Positions 10,177 through 21,716 of a stretch of DNA of 28,336 bases are shown piece after piece; position 1 is the first letter of the stretch, and every line of letters starts with the position of its first letter. This DNA is from Chthoniobacteraceae bacterium (GTDB taxonomy: Bacteria > Verrucomicrobiota > Verrucomicrobiia > Chthoniobacterales > Chthoniobacteraceae). The stretch spans positions 1 through 28,336 of the forward strand of contig JBEBGD010000071.1 in NCBI GenBank assembly GCA_040081625.1. Reading direction: 5' to 3'. The notes beneath the pieces are model-generated. The model made no database searches. It had not been told where the DNA came from and worked only from the letters and a program-made list of their open reading frames with translations. A program made the position numbers and the translations under genes.

Positions 10177-12051
10177 TTACTCGATGTGGAGCGACGCCTT
10201 CAGCACGAGCGAGATGGCCTTCACGCCGAGTTCGTGGAGGTTGAAGGGCTTGCCGATGAAGTCGTTTGCGCCGCTGAGGCTCGACTGCACGCGGTTTTCC
10301 ATCGTCGTGAGGCCGGTGAGGAAAACGACGGGCGTGTGCGCGTGGTTGGGCAGTTCGCGGATGTGCTTGCAGAGCTCGAAGCCATTCATGTCCGGCAGCG
10401 CGACATCGAGGAAGATGAGGTCGTAGTGATCCGAGCCCAGCTCGGCGAGAGCGATGGCCGGCTCCTGCGAGTAGCGCGTGCGCATGAAGACGGTCTCGAG
10501 CGCCATTCGGATTGCGTCGCAATTTTCCGCGTCGTCCTCGACGGCGAAGACTTTCGCCTGGGTGGGATCCTTGAGCCTGGCGTAGTTTTTCTGTTTCAGC
10601 AGAATGCCGAGCAAATCGATGGTCTGGCTGATCGTGCGCAGCGTCGAGGGATTCACCTGCTCGGGGAAGCGGTAGAGATCCTGGGCGAGCTCGGCGAAGG
10701 CGTGCGAGAGCCGGTGCAGCGCGAGGAAGCCCGAGACCCGCGAGCGCTCGGCGAAGTGCTGCACGTGGCAGTGGAGTTCGTTGAGCAGGCTGAAGTCGGT
10801 GGGCGCTTTCGCGAAGGTCGTGTGGCAGCGCTTGATCTCCGCCAGCAGCCCGCGCGCTTCCTTCTCGCTGAGCGCCTCGGCGTCGAGCTCCGCCTGCGTA
10901 GGCGGTCCGGCGGACGGAGTTGATGCGGGCATCGCCGTCGGCAGCGGTGGCGGCGTCTTTGCGCGCGCGGCGCGCGGCGTGGAGGACATGGCGCCGAGCC
11001 GCGTCTCGGCGAGATCGGCCGTGAGCCGCCGGATCTCGCGGCGCGCGGCGTCGAGCTGCGCGGCGATATCGATGGCGGCCAGGCGCTCCTTGTCAACGTG
11101 CCGGGATTTCTCGATGGCCTTCTCCTTCTCCCGCTCGGCGGCGGCGGCGCGCTTCTCGGCCTCGGCGAGTCTGGCGTCCTGCCCGGAGAGTCGCTCCCGC
11201 GTGGCGGCGAGGGCGTCCTCGATCTCGAGCGAACGCTTGATGGCTTGCTGACGCTGTTGATCGCGCTCGCGGCCGATGTGGTCGATCTGCTTTTGCGCGG
11301 CGGCGAGCGAGACGAGGGCTTCGTCGCGGCTCCTGGACACCGCTGCCAGTTGCGGCTCAAACTCCGCGACCTGCGCGGCGAGGCGGGCGCGTTCGGCGTC
11401 GAGGGTCTTGACGCTATCGCTTAGCGCGTCGCGCTCGGGAGAATTCATGTCGCCGGCGGCGGCTTCAGCGCGGGCGGTCTGGAGCGCGGCGCGAAGCTCG
11501 TCGAGCTCATGGACCTTTTCCTGCGCGCGCGCGCGGGCGGCCTCGCGTTCCTGCGTGAGCTTGATGATTTCCTCCCGCGCCTTTGCGAGCGCCTGCGTGG
11601 CCTCGCCCGATTGCGTGCGGTGCATCTCGAGATCGCGTGACGTGGTCTCGATCCGCTGCGCGAGCTGGTCGCGCTCGACGAGGATTTCATCGCAGCGGCG
11701 CCGCAGTTCGGCAGCCCCGCCGGAGAGTTTCCGGGCCTCGTCGCGCTCGTGGGAAAGCTCCGCGAGCTGGTCGGTGAGGTGCTGGATCTTGTCGGTCGAT
11801 TCGCGGCTATGAGCCTGGGAAGTGTCGCGGGCCTGGCGCAGCGACGTGGCTTTCTTCTGTGCCTCGGCGAGCTTTGCGCGCGCATCGTCGCGATCGCGCC
11901 CGAGGAGGACGAGCTGCTCGCTCAAGCGCCGGATCTGCTCCGTGGGATTGCCGCCCGCGCCGGTCGGGGGCGGCATCGCGAGGGGAGCCCCGGCGCGCGC
12001 GTCGCGTTTGGACGCGGAATCGTAGTCGAGTTTGTGAAGGGGCTGAGACAT
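10177..12051 (-). CDS. Response regulator: long N-terminal coiled coil, Hpt-like helical domain, C-terminal receiver (REC) domain
   Basis: REC motifs VFAVEDD, DLIFLDVALPDMNG, PVVFLTG, GANDFIGKPF. Heptad-rich E/R/A/L N-terminal half. Start placed at ATG 12051 (MSQPLHKL); the ORF-track start at 12249 overlaps yciH. Confidence 0.85.
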   Translation of the reverse strand: MSQPLHKLDYDSASKRDARAGAPLAMPPPTGAGGNPTEQIRRLSEQLVLLGRDRDDARAKLAEAQKKATSLRQARDTSQAHSRESTDKIQHLTDQLAELSHERDEARKLSGGAAELRRRCDEILVERDQLAQRIETTSRDLEMHRTQSGEATQALAKAREEIIKLTQEREAARARAQEKVHELDELRAALQTARAEAAAGDMNSPERDALSDSVKTLDAERARLAAQVAEFEPQLAAVSRSRDEALVSLAAAQKQIDHIGRERDQQRQQAIKRSLEIEDALAATRERLSGQDARLAEAEKRAAAAEREKEKAIEKSRHVDKERLAAIDIAAQLDAARREIRRLTADLAETRLGAMSSTPRAARAKTPPPLPTAMPASTPSAGPPTQAELDAEALSEKEARGLLAEIKRCHTTFAKAPTDFSLLNELHCHVQHFAERSRVSGFLALHRLSHAFAELAQDLYRFPEQVNPSTLRTISQTIDLLGILLKQKNYARLKDPTQAKVFAVEDDAENCDAIRMALETVFMRTRYSQEPAIALAELGSDHYDLIFLDVALPDMNGFELCKHIRELPNHAHTPVVFLTGLTTMENRVQSSLSGANDFIGKPFNLHELGVKAISLVLKASLHIE

Positions 12052-12134
12052 TGAGCGGGCACATCGGTGCAAGACCGCGGCTTTGGCGGGGGTGATAAAG
12101 CAGCCCATGTGCCCTTCAGCCGGGCTGTCCCGGC

Positions 12135-12521
12135 CTACTTTACGCCCGCGACCTGGAAGCCTTCCGACTCGAGCACCGCCCGGATGCGCCCGGCCTGGTC
12201 GCCTTGCACTTCGATGGTGCGTCCCTTCACCGCGCCGCCGCAGCCGCACTGCTGGCGGATCTTCTTCGCTATGGTCTCGATGACCGATACGGGCAGGTGC
12301 GTGGCGAAGTCGTGGACGACGATCACTGTCTTGCCGCCGCGCTGGGCGGTTTCCTTTCGCAGCACGACCCGGCCGAGCTTCCAGATCGCGGCTGGTCCAT
12401 CCCGCGGCGGCTCGGGCTTTGGGCCGTCGGGCAGCGGGCCGAGGTCGAGCTTCGCGAAGGCGGCGTTCAGGCCGGTCTGCGGCTCGCTGGTCGGGACTTT
12501 TTTCTTCGGCTCGGGACGCAT
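12135..12521 (-). CDS. yciH: SUI1/eIF1-family translation initiation factor (YciH-like)
   Basis: RKETAQRGGKTVIVV...IAKKIRQQCGCGGAVKGRTIEVQGD matches the SUI1/YciH signature. Confidence 0.9.
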   Translation of the reverse strand: MRPEPKKKVPTSEPQTGLNAAFAKLDLGPLPDGPKPEPPRDGPAAIWKLGRVVLRKETAQRGGKTVIVVHDFATHLPVSVIETIAKKIRQQCGCGGAVKGRTIEVQGDQAGRIRAVLESEGFQVAGVK

Positions 12522-12523
12522 GG

Positions 12524-14026
12524 CTACATCAAGTCGGCGGCGACTTCCGCCATCTCGCTGCGCTCGCCCTTGAAGAGGTTGATGTGCGCCATGAAGGGCT
12601 GCCCCTGGAGCCGGTTGCGCGTATAGACGAGGCCGTTGGTGTGCGCATCGACGTAGGGATTGTCGATCTGCGCGAGGTCGCCGATGAGGATGATCTTGCT
12701 GCCTTTTCCCATGCGCGTGACGAGCGTCTTCGCCTCGTGCGGCGTGAGCTGCTGCGATTCATCGACGATGAAAACCGCGCGCGGGATCGAGCGGCCGCGG
12801 ATGTGTGCGATCGCTTCGATCTCCAAGACGCCGGCCTGCATGAGCGGCTCCCAGGGACGGAGCATCTTTCCGGCGCCGCCATTGGTGGGGATCGGTCGCG
12901 GCGCCGACTCGGCCTTGCGGCGGGACTGTCGCTTGTCCTCGAAGTGCTCGGGCCTGCGCGGGTGCGAAAGCAGCAACTCGAGCGCGTCGTAGGCGGGCTG
13001 CACCCAAGGCTGCATCTTCTCCTCCATGCGCCCGGGCAGGAAACCGATGTCGCGACCGGTCGGCATGATGACGCGGGTGATGAGCATCTTCTCGTATTCG
13101 CCCGCCTGCACCTGCTCGAGCGCGGCGCCGACGCTCAGCAGCGTCTTGCCCGTGCCGGCCTTGCCATAGACGGTCACGAGCGTGATCGCCGGGTCGTAGA
13201 GCGCGTCGAGAAAGAAGCGCTGGCCGAGGTTCGCGGCGCTCAGCGAGCGGCCGCCGCGGATGACGATGTGGTCGTGGCGAAGCTTGCGAAAGTCGCCGTC
13301 GCCGACGTGCCGCGCGGGCACGCCGTGGGAGGGCTCCTCCTTGTTGCGCAGCAGCACGTAGTGATTGACCGGCAGCTTCGCCGCGCCGCGCAGAGTCACG
13401 TGGCCCTGACTCGCAAACCCTTGCAGCGTATAGCCGTCGATCTCGATGAACTCGTATTCCTCCTGCCCGCTCCTGCGCTGCGTGCGGCGGATGTCGCCAT
13501 CCTCGACGCGGTCGGTGCGGTAATCCTGCGCCTCGAGCCCGAGCACGCGGGCCTTGAGCTGCATGTTGATGTCCTTGGTGACGAGGATCGTCTTGTCCTT
13601 GTTCGAGTCGGCGAGATAGACCGCGCTGGCGAGGATGCGGTTGTCGTTGAGCGAGAGGTCCGGGAAGAGCGCCTTGAGTTCCTTGAACTTCTGCGCCTCG
13701 CCCAGCAGATGCCAGCCGTGGTCGTCGAAGACGACGTTCGAGTTCACGCGGATGCGCAGCTCGCCGCCATTCTCCATCCGCACGCCGGTCTTCATCTCCC
13801 CGGTGGTGCGGAAGCGCTCGCTCAACCGCCGGTGAACCTCGCGCGCGTTCGCGCCGCGTGTGGTCGATTCGGATTTGAAGCGATCGAGCTCCTCGAGCAC
13901 TTCGACCGGGATGTGAACGACGTTGTCCTCGAACTGGAACATCGACTGCGGGTCGTGCAGCAGGACGTTCGTATCGAGCACGTAGTGTTTTGGCGGGGCG
14001 GGTTTGGTTCTTTTTTTTGCGGCCAT
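12524..14026 (-). CDS. PIN-domain + PhoH-like ATPase (PhoH2/YlaK type)
   Basis: PIN start YVLDTNVLLHDP, NDNRIL, LVTKDINMQLKA; Walker A GKAGTGKT; PhoH motifs IGFLPG, IRGRSI, IVDESQ, GDLAQIDNPY. Confidence 0.93.
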   Translation of the reverse strand: MAAKKRTKPAPPKHYVLDTNVLLHDPQSMFQFEDNVVHIPVEVLEELDRFKSESTTRGANAREVHRRLSERFRTTGEMKTGVRMENGGELRIRVNSNVVFDDHGWHLLGEAQKFKELKALFPDLSLNDNRILASAVYLADSNKDKTILVTKDINMQLKARVLGLEAQDYRTDRVEDGDIRRTQRRSGQEEYEFIEIDGYTLQGFASQGHVTLRGAAKLPVNHYVLLRNKEEPSHGVPARHVGDGDFRKLRHDHIVIRGGRSLSAANLGQRFFLDALYDPAITLVTVYGKAGTGKTLLSVGAALEQVQAGEYEKMLITRVIMPTGRDIGFLPGRMEEKMQPWVQPAYDALELLLSHPRRPEHFEDKRQSRRKAESAPRPIPTNGGAGKMLRPWEPLMQAGVLEIEAIAHIRGRSIPRAVFIVDESQQLTPHEAKTLVTRMGKGSKIILIGDLAQIDNPYVDAHTNGLVYTRNRLQGQPFMAHINLFKGERSEMAEVAADLM

Positions 14027-14029
14027 GGA

Positions 14030-15984
<1,955 letters not shown>

Positions 15985-15988
<4 letters not shown>

Positions 15989-16341
15989 CTAGTCGCGGTG
16001 GGAGGAGCGCCGAGTTCGCGCAGTGCCTCGTCGCGCGTCGGCACGATTTTCATGATCCGCGTAAAGCCGATCATCTCGAAAATCATGAACACGCTCGGCT
16101 GGAGCGAGCTGATGACCATCCGGCCGCCGAGCGGCTCGAGTTTCTTGGCCACCATGAGGAAGACTTTCAGCCCCGCGCTATTCACGTAGGCCAGCGCCGC
16201 GCCATCGATCAAGATCTTGAGCGCCCCGGCATCCACAAGCCCGAGCAGCCGCTCCTCAAACTGCGGTGCGGATGCCGTGTCGAGGTGGTCGTCGATCGTC
16301 ACGATCGTCACGTCGCCCTGTTTATGTTCGTTGATCTGCAT
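15985..16341 (-). CDS. STAS-domain anti-sigma factor antagonist (RsbV/SpoIIAA-like)
   Basis: 118 aa; HLDTASAPQFE...YVNSAGLKVFL carries the conserved phosphorylatable Ser; FEMIGF motif. Confidence 0.93.
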
Positions 16342-16359
16342 GGTCGCGCGGTGCGGAGC

Positions 16360-16779
16360 TTAGCGGAAGTGTTTGCGGATCGTCAGCACATTCTTGTCGT
16401 CATCGCGCGAATAACCGACGTGATCCATGAGCGAGCGCACGAGGTGGATGCCAAGCCCTCCCATGTCGCGTTCCGCGAGCGGCGCGGCAAGATCGGGCAC
16501 CTTCGCATCGAGCGGGTTGAAGTGCTTTCCCTCATCAGTCACCGAGGCCACCAGCTCGCCGGCGGCTGCCGCGATGCGCACAGTGATCTGCCGGCCTTGC
16601 GGATCGTCGAAGCCGTAAAGCACCGCATTGGTCACCAGTTCATCGAGCGCGAGGTTCACCGCGTAGAGCGTGCGCGACGGCACCTCGTGCAACTCGCCAA
16701 ACCGCCGCACGAGCTGGTTAAGCCGCTCGATCTCGCGGACATCGGCGGCGACGTGAATGGTGATGCTGCCTTCATGCAT
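16360..16779 (-). CDS. Anti-sigma factor / Ser-Thr kinase (RsbW/SpoIIAB-like HATPase_c)
   Basis: N-box ALDELVTNAVLYG, G1 box DEGKHFNP, G2 box GGLGIHLV. ATG at 16779 chosen. Confidence 0.92.
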   Translation of the reverse strand: MHEGSITIHVAADVREIERLNQLVRRFGELHEVPSRTLYAVNLALDELVTNAVLYGFDDPQGRQITVRIAAAAGELVASVTDEGKHFNPLDAKVPDLAAPLAERDMGGLGIHLVRSLMDHVGYSRDDDKNVLTIRKHFR

Positions 16780-16862
16780 GGGGTGGCGCTTTGAAAGCAG
16801 CAACGGGACCCTTCCGCAAGCTCCCTCCTTGGTCCAAACTCGGGACACGCGCCGCCCGTGAA

Positions 16863-16898
16863 GACTTTGGACTTTGGACGCTTGGACTTTGGACGTTT
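16863..16898. repeat. Short 7/8-bp tandem repeat tract (GACTTTG-type) in the rsbW-like/trxB divergent intergenic region
   Basis: GACTTTG GACTTTG GACGCTTG GACTTTG GACGTTT read directly. Confidence 0.75.
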
Positions 16899-16921
16899 TA
16901 GGTTATCCGTCCCGCCCGCTT

Positions 16922-17839
16922 ATGGAAAACGTCATCATCGTCGGCACCGGCTGCGCCGGGCTGACCGCCGCCATCTACACCGCCCGCGCCAACCTCGCCC
17001 CGCTCGTGCTCGAAGGCCACGAGCCCGGCGGCCAGCTCTCCACGACCACGCTCGTGGAGAATTTCCCCGGCTTCAAGGAAGGCATCGACGGCCCCGAGCT
17101 GATCATGAACATGAAAGCGCAGGCCGAGCGTTTCGGTGCGCGGTTTCAATACGCGAGCGTCACCGGATTCGAGCCCGCGCAGGGCCACGTCCGCGTGAAG
17201 CTCGACGACGCGTGGGTCGAGACGAAGGCGCTCATCATCGCCTCCGGCGCGAGCGCGCGTTACCTCGGCCTGCCCGATGAAAAGAAGATGATCGGTCACG
17301 GACTCACGAGCTGCGCGACATGCGACGGCGCCTTCTACCGCAACGTGCCCGTGTGCGTCGTCGGCGGCGGCGACAGCGCGTGCGAGGAGGCGACCTTCCT
17401 CACGCGCTTCGCGAGCAAGGTGTATCTCATCCACCGCCGCGACAGCCTGCGCGCCTCGAAGATCATGGCCGACCGCGCGCTCGCCAACCCGAAGATCGAG
17501 CCGATCTGGAACAGCGAACTCACCGAGTATCTCACCGACGACCAGGGCGAGATGCGCGCCGCGAAGGTGCGCGACGTGAAGTCCGGCGCCGAGCGCGAGC
17601 TGGAGTTGAAGTGCGTCTTCGTCGCCATCGGCCACACGCCGAACACCGCGCCCTTCCGCGGCCAGCTCGACATGGACGAGAACGGCTACCTGCTCCAGCG
17701 CGAAGGCACGTCCACGAAAATCCCCGGCGTCTTCGCCGCGGGCGACGTGTCGGACCACGTCTATCGCCAGGCCGTCACCGCCGCCGGCCAGGGCTGCGCC
17801 GCCGCGCTCGACGCGGAGCGGTATCTCGCAAACCTGTAA
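16922..17839 (+). CDS. trxB: Thioredoxin-disulfide reductase
   Basis: FAD motif GTGCAG, GGQL, VENFPG, redox-active CATCDG, NADPH motif [21 protein letters not shown] at 16922. Confidence 0.97.
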   Translation: MENVIIVGTGCAGLTAAIYTARANLAPLVLEGHEPGGQLSTTTLVENFPGFKEGIDGPELIMNMKAQAERFGARFQYASVTGFEPAQGHVRVKLDDAWVETKALIIASGASARYLGLPDEKKMIGHGLTSCATCDGAFYRNVPVCVVGGGDSACEEATFLTRFASKVYLIHRRDSLRASKIMADRALANPKIEPIWNSELTEYLTDDQGEMRAAKVRDVKSGAERELELKCVFVAIGHTPNTAPFRGQLDMDENGYLLQREGTSTKIPGVFAAGDVSDHVYRQAVTAAGQGCAAALDAERYLANL

Positions 17840-17842
17840 GCG

Positions 17843-20800
17843 TCACGCGATCGCACGGCTGCGCACTTCGTCGAGGATAGAGACCAGCTCCTCGACCTGC
17901 GCCGGGGTAAAGACGCCATCGACGCCGCGCGGACTGAAATCCGTGTAAGGCGATTCGTAGAGCCGCGCCACCTCCATGCAGCCGTGCTCGGTCAGGTGGT
18001 TCACGATCTCGTCCATGAACTCGATCTGGTTCGCGCGGAGTGTTCCATTGCTGAAATGCGAGAGCGCGGCTTTCGCCGCCTGCCGGTCGAGGCCGACGAG
18101 CGAGCGCACGAACAGCCCGAGCCCGTGGCTCTCCTGCCTCGCGTTCTCCACGTCGTCCGTGGTGCCGACCTCCGCGAGCATCCGCTCCAGCTCGGCGAGG
18201 TCGGTCGGGGTGAGCGGCTCGTTCGTGCGCAGCTTGTGGATGGCGAGGTGATCTTCATGCGCTTTTAGGAACTGCCGGGCCTTCGCGCGGAAGCGCGCGT
18301 AGCTGTCCGGCGACGCGAAGCCCGGCAGCGTGACCTCCGACTCGCTGCCCATCTCGTCCTCGAAGTCCGTGTAGATCGGCTTGCGCGCCTGCTTCTCGAT
18401 CAGCTTCACGAGCAGCCGTAGCCGCTTCCGCGCTTGGTCGAGCATCGGCACGGTCACGTCCTGCCACCATTCGTCGGTTTGGATTTCCTGAATAAGCGCG
18501 AGCTGCTGCTGCACCATGGGAATGCTGGCCCTTTCCTCGAGCAAGCCGCCGATTGCCTTCACCTGGGCGCGCAGCCGCGCGAAGCCCGGCTCGCTGCGGA
18601 GCTGCGCGAGCTGGAGGCCCAGCATCAGCAGGTCGAAGCGCTTCGCCTCCTCATCCTCGGGCTCCAGTTCGGTGGGAAGACCGGCGATTCCCTGCGCGAG
18701 TTCGCCGAGCGATTCAGTCGTGAGCGTCGTCCACGCCTCGGCTGCGGAATACTTCTCCACAAGCCGGCGATGCGGGCGGACGATGAAGTTGTTCACGTTC
18801 ATCGCCGTCACCTCGCCGCGCAGCAGATCGGCCACTTCGCGCCGCAGCTCGTCGGGACGCTCGCCCACCACGAGGCCGGCCTGCTTGTCCAACTCGCCGA
18901 GCAGTTCCAGCCGCGCGGTGAAGAGCCGCTGGCCCAGCGAAGCGCCGAGCGCGCCGTCGCTCGTCTCCGGGTTCTGGCTGAAGAACTCCAGGTTCTGGCA
19001 GTAATCGAAGACGAAGAAGAACTCCTTGTCCTGGCCCGGCCCGAACAGCTCCGGGCACAGCCGCGTGCCGCGCCCGAGCATCTGCCAGAACTTCGTCTTC
19101 GAGCGCACCAGCTTGAAGAACACGAGGTTCGCCACCTCCGGCACGTCGATGCCCGTATCCAGCATGTCCACCGAGATCGCGATGTGCGGCGCCTTCGCCG
19201 GCTGCGAAAAGTCATCGATCAGCGATTGCGCATAGGGCAGCCCGCAGTGGATCACCCGCGCGAATTTCCCCGCGAGCGCCGGGTAGTTCACGTCGAACCG
19301 CTCCGCGATGAACACCGCGTGCGCCTGGTTCTTCGCGAAGATGATCGTCTTCGCCAGCCGGTCGCCGCCCGCGACCTTCTGCCCGCGCGTCATCAGGTGC
19401 GCCAGCGCCTTGTCCACGGTGTCCTTGTTGAAGAGCCACTTGTTCACCGCGTCGGCCTCCACGCGATCGGGCACCTCGCCCTCCTCGCTCCATTCCTTCG
19501 CGTCCCACTGCTCCTTCTCCTCGTCGGAGAGGTCGTCGTATTTGATCCCCTCGCGCGCAAACTTCAGCGGCACCGACACCGCGCGCGGCGGCACCAGGAA
19601 GCCATCCTTCACCGCGTCCTCGAGCGTGTAGGAGTCGGTCGGCACGCCCTTTTCCAAATCGAAAAGCCCATACGTGTCGCGGTCGATCTCATCGCGCGGC
19701 GTCGCCGTCAGCCCCACGAGCAGCGAGTCGAAGTAGGAAAAGATCGCCCCATACTTCTGATACACCGAGCGGTGCGCTTCATCGATGATCACCAGGTCGA
19801 AGTGCCCGACTCCGAAGCGCCGCTGACCGTCGGGCGTCTCGTCGATCAAGCCCATCATCGTCGGGTAAGTGGACACATACACGCGGCCCTGCGCGCTCTT
19901 CTCCGTCACGAGATTCACCGGCGAGGAATTCGGCAGATGCCTTTTGAAGGCGTTCACCGCCTGCCGCACCAGCGCCACGCGATCCGCGAGGAAGAGCACC
20001 CGCTTGGCCCAGTTGCAGCGCATCAGCACATCGCACAGCGCGATCACCGTGCGCGTCTTGCCGGCGCCCGTCGCCATCACCACCAGCGCCTTGCGCTCCC
20101 GGTCGCGGTCGAAGGCCTCGCCGATGCGGCGGATCGCGCGCGTCTGGTAGTAGCGCTCCACGATCGCGCCATCCACCTCCGCATCCGCCGGCGCCTTGCG
20201 CGTCCCGCGGCGCAGGATCATCAGCTCCAGCTCATCCTTCTTGGCAAAGCCCTGCACCGCGCGCGGCGGATAAAAGGCGTCGTCCCACAGCCAGTGCTCG
20301 TAGCCGTTGCTGTAATAGATCAGCGGCCTGCGCCCGAACTGCTTCTCCAGGCAATCCGCATACAGCTTCGCCTGCTGCTGGCCGATCTGCGCGCTCTTGC
20401 GCGTGTGCTTCGCCTCCACCACCGCCAGCGGCAGCCCGTCATCGCCCCACAGCACGTAATCCACGAACCCCTCGCCTTTCTCGTTCGGCATCCCCGTCAC
20501 CCGGAACTCCCGATCCCGCTCCTGATCCAGCGCCCAGGCCGCCTCGCGCAGCAGCAGGTCGATGAAATAATCCCGCGTCTGCGCCTCCGAATAATCGTGC
20601 GTGTCCGGCTGCGCGGCATTCGCCGCCTTCGCCGCCGCCACCTCGGCGCGCAGACGCTTCAGCTCCTCATCGAGCGCCGTCTTGTCGGCGAGCAGCGTGG
20701 AGAGCTTCTCGTCGCGCTCGCGCAGTTGCGCCCCGAGCTGCTGGAGCTGCGCGGGAGACTGGACCGGCGCCGCCGCGGTGGACAGGAGGTCGGAGTTGAA

Positions 20801-21208
20801 AGTGACGCCGTCACCCGGCTTCGTCCCGCGCGCATACGTCCGCGCCAGCCAGTAGGAAAAGTGGAAAAGCTCCCGCACCGCCGCCAGCGCATCGAACTGC
20901 CGCACCGGCCCGGTGCTGTGCACCGCATCATTCCCCAGCCGCTGGATCACCCGCGCCTTGGCGAAGACCGCCTCGCCCGCCGCCTTCTTAAACGTCGGCT
21001 CGTGCAGCAGCGCGCTGAGGTGATCCTGATACGGCAGCCGCAGCGCCGCATCGTTCCTGTAAAGCCACTGCACCGCCAGCTCCAGCGTGCGCCGTGCGTA
21101 GAAACACGCCGCCCGCGCATCCACCAGCGCCAGCCGCTCCGCCTGCACCGCCGGGGCGTGGAGCAGGGGCCATTCGGACTGGAGGAAGGTGAAGTTGGAA
21201 GCGCTCAC
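17843..21208 (-). CDS. hsdR: Type I restriction endonuclease subunit R (EcoEI/EcoAI-like architecture)
   Basis: Nuclease motif VDYVLW...VVEAK, Walker A MATGAGKT, DEAH box, TATP, TGIDVPEV, QMLGRGTR; C-terminal LYESPYTD. Confidence 0.95.
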   Translation of the reverse strand: MSASNFTFLQSEWPLLHAPAVQAERLALVDARAACFYARRTLELAVQWLYRNDAALRLPYQDHLSALLHEPTFKKAAGEAVFAKARVIQRLGNDAVHSTGPVRQFDALAAVRELFHFSYWLARTYARGTKPGDGVTFNSDLLSTAAAPVQSPAQLQQLGAQLRERDEKLSTLLADKTALDEELKRLRAEVAAAKAANAAQPDTHDYSEAQTRDYFIDLLLREAAWALDQERDREFRVTGMPNEKGEGFVDYVLWGDDGLPLAVVEAKHTRKSAQIGQQQAKLYADCLEKQFGRRPLIYYSNGYEHWLWDDAFYPPRAVQGFAKKDELELMILRRGTRKAPADAEVDGAIVERYYQTRAIRRIGEAFDRDRERKALVVMATGAGKTRTVIALCDVLMRCNWAKRVLFLADRVALVRQAVNAFKRHLPNSSPVNLVTEKSAQGRVYVSTYPTMMGLIDETPDGQRRFGVGHFDLVIIDEAHRSVYQKYGAIFSYFDSLLVGLTATPRDEIDRDTYGLFDLEKGVPTDSYTLEDAVKDGFLVPPRAVSVPLKFAREGIKYDDLSDEEKEQWDAKEWSEEGEVPDRVEADAVNKWLFNKDTVDKALAHLMTRGQKVAGGDRLAKTIIFAKNQAHAVFIAERFDVNYPALAGKFARVIHCGLPYAQSLIDDFSQPAKAPHIAISVDMLDTGIDVPEVANLVFFKLVRSKTKFWQMLGRGTRLCPELFGPGQDKEFFFVFDYCQNLEFFSQNPETSDGALGASLGQRLFTARLELLGELDKQAGLVVGERPDELRREVADLLRGEVTAMNVNNFIVRPHRRLVEKYSAAEAWTTLTTESLGELAQGIAGLPTELEPEDEEAKRFDLLMLGLQLAQLRSEPGFARLRAQVKAIGGLLEERASIPMVQQQLALIQEIQTDEWWQDVTVPMLDQARKRLRLLVKLIEKQARKPIYTDFEDEMGSESEVTLPGFASPDSYARFRAKARQFLKAHEDHLAIHKLRTNEPLTPTDLAELERMLAEVGTTDDVENARQESHGLGLFVRSLVGLDRQAAKAALSHFSNGTLRANQIEFMDEIVNHLTEHGCMEVARLYESPYTDFSPRGVDGVFTPAQVEELVSILDEVRSRAIA

Positions 21209-21274
21209 GACTGGGGGGCGTGGAGTGGCAGCCGAGCCGCGCGAAGTCGAGCCTTTCCTTCCGGTGCGCAGCCC

Positions 21275-21402
21275 CTCCTCGTTCCCAAACTCCAGTTTGG
21301 GAACGCCCCTGCGGCGGCAACTCCTGTTGCCGGGGGCCGGCCGCTGCGAAGCAGAGCTTCGCCCCGCACTTACGTTCCCAAACGGAGTTTGGGAACGAGG
21401 AG
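21275..21402. repeat. REP/REPIN- or MITE-like nested palindromic element
   Basis: Perfect 19-bp terminal inverted repeats CTCCTCGTTCCCAAACTCC (21275-21293) and GGAGTTTGGGAACGAGGAG (21384-21402). Each end is itself a hairpin (CGTTCCCAAAC-n3/4-GTTTGGGAACG). Two inner hairpins: GGCAAC-tcct-GTTGCC and GCGAAGC-aga-GCTTCGC. Confidence 0.85.
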
Positions 21403-21464
21403 AAGCGCGTCGTCGAGCCTTTGTTTACCCGCCGCAACGGCCCCATCACCGCCGGTGACGGGGG

Positions 21465-21716
21465 CACATCCTGCCGCACCCGCCCCGCATCCCGCTGCAG
21501 CGGCCTCCCATCCTGCTGCAGCGGCCCCACATCCTGCTGCATTGGCCCCACATCCTGCTGCATTGGCCCCGCATCCTGCTGCATTGGCCCCGCATCCTGC
21601 TGCATTGGCCCCGCATCCTGCTGCATTGGCCCCGCATCCTGCTGCATTGGCCCCACATCCTGCTGCATTGGCCCCGCATCCTGCTGCATTGGCCCCGCAT
21701 CCTGCTGCATTCAGCC
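21465..21716. repeat. Tandem array of 12 x 21-bp units, consensus CRCATCCTGCTGCATTGGCCC
   Basis: Units start at 21465, 21486, 21507 ... 21696. Units 4-11 differ only by G/A at position 2; units 1-3 are degenerate and unit 12 diverges at its end. No spacers. Confidence 0.97.

Noticed and set aside
4027..10923. 2298-aa plus-strand ORF (likewise 12419..16189, 18434..21781, 23394..25451)
   Set aside because: Antisense frames of well-supported minus-strand genes; typical of high-GC DNA, with no motifs.
14011..14018. A8 tract at the 5' end of the PIN-PhoH gene as a phase-variation site
   Set aside because: Explained by Lys-Lys-Arg codons and common 5' A-richness; the frame is intact.
21465..21716. 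CRISPR array
   Set aside because: Units are contiguous with no unique spacers, and there are no cas genes in the window.
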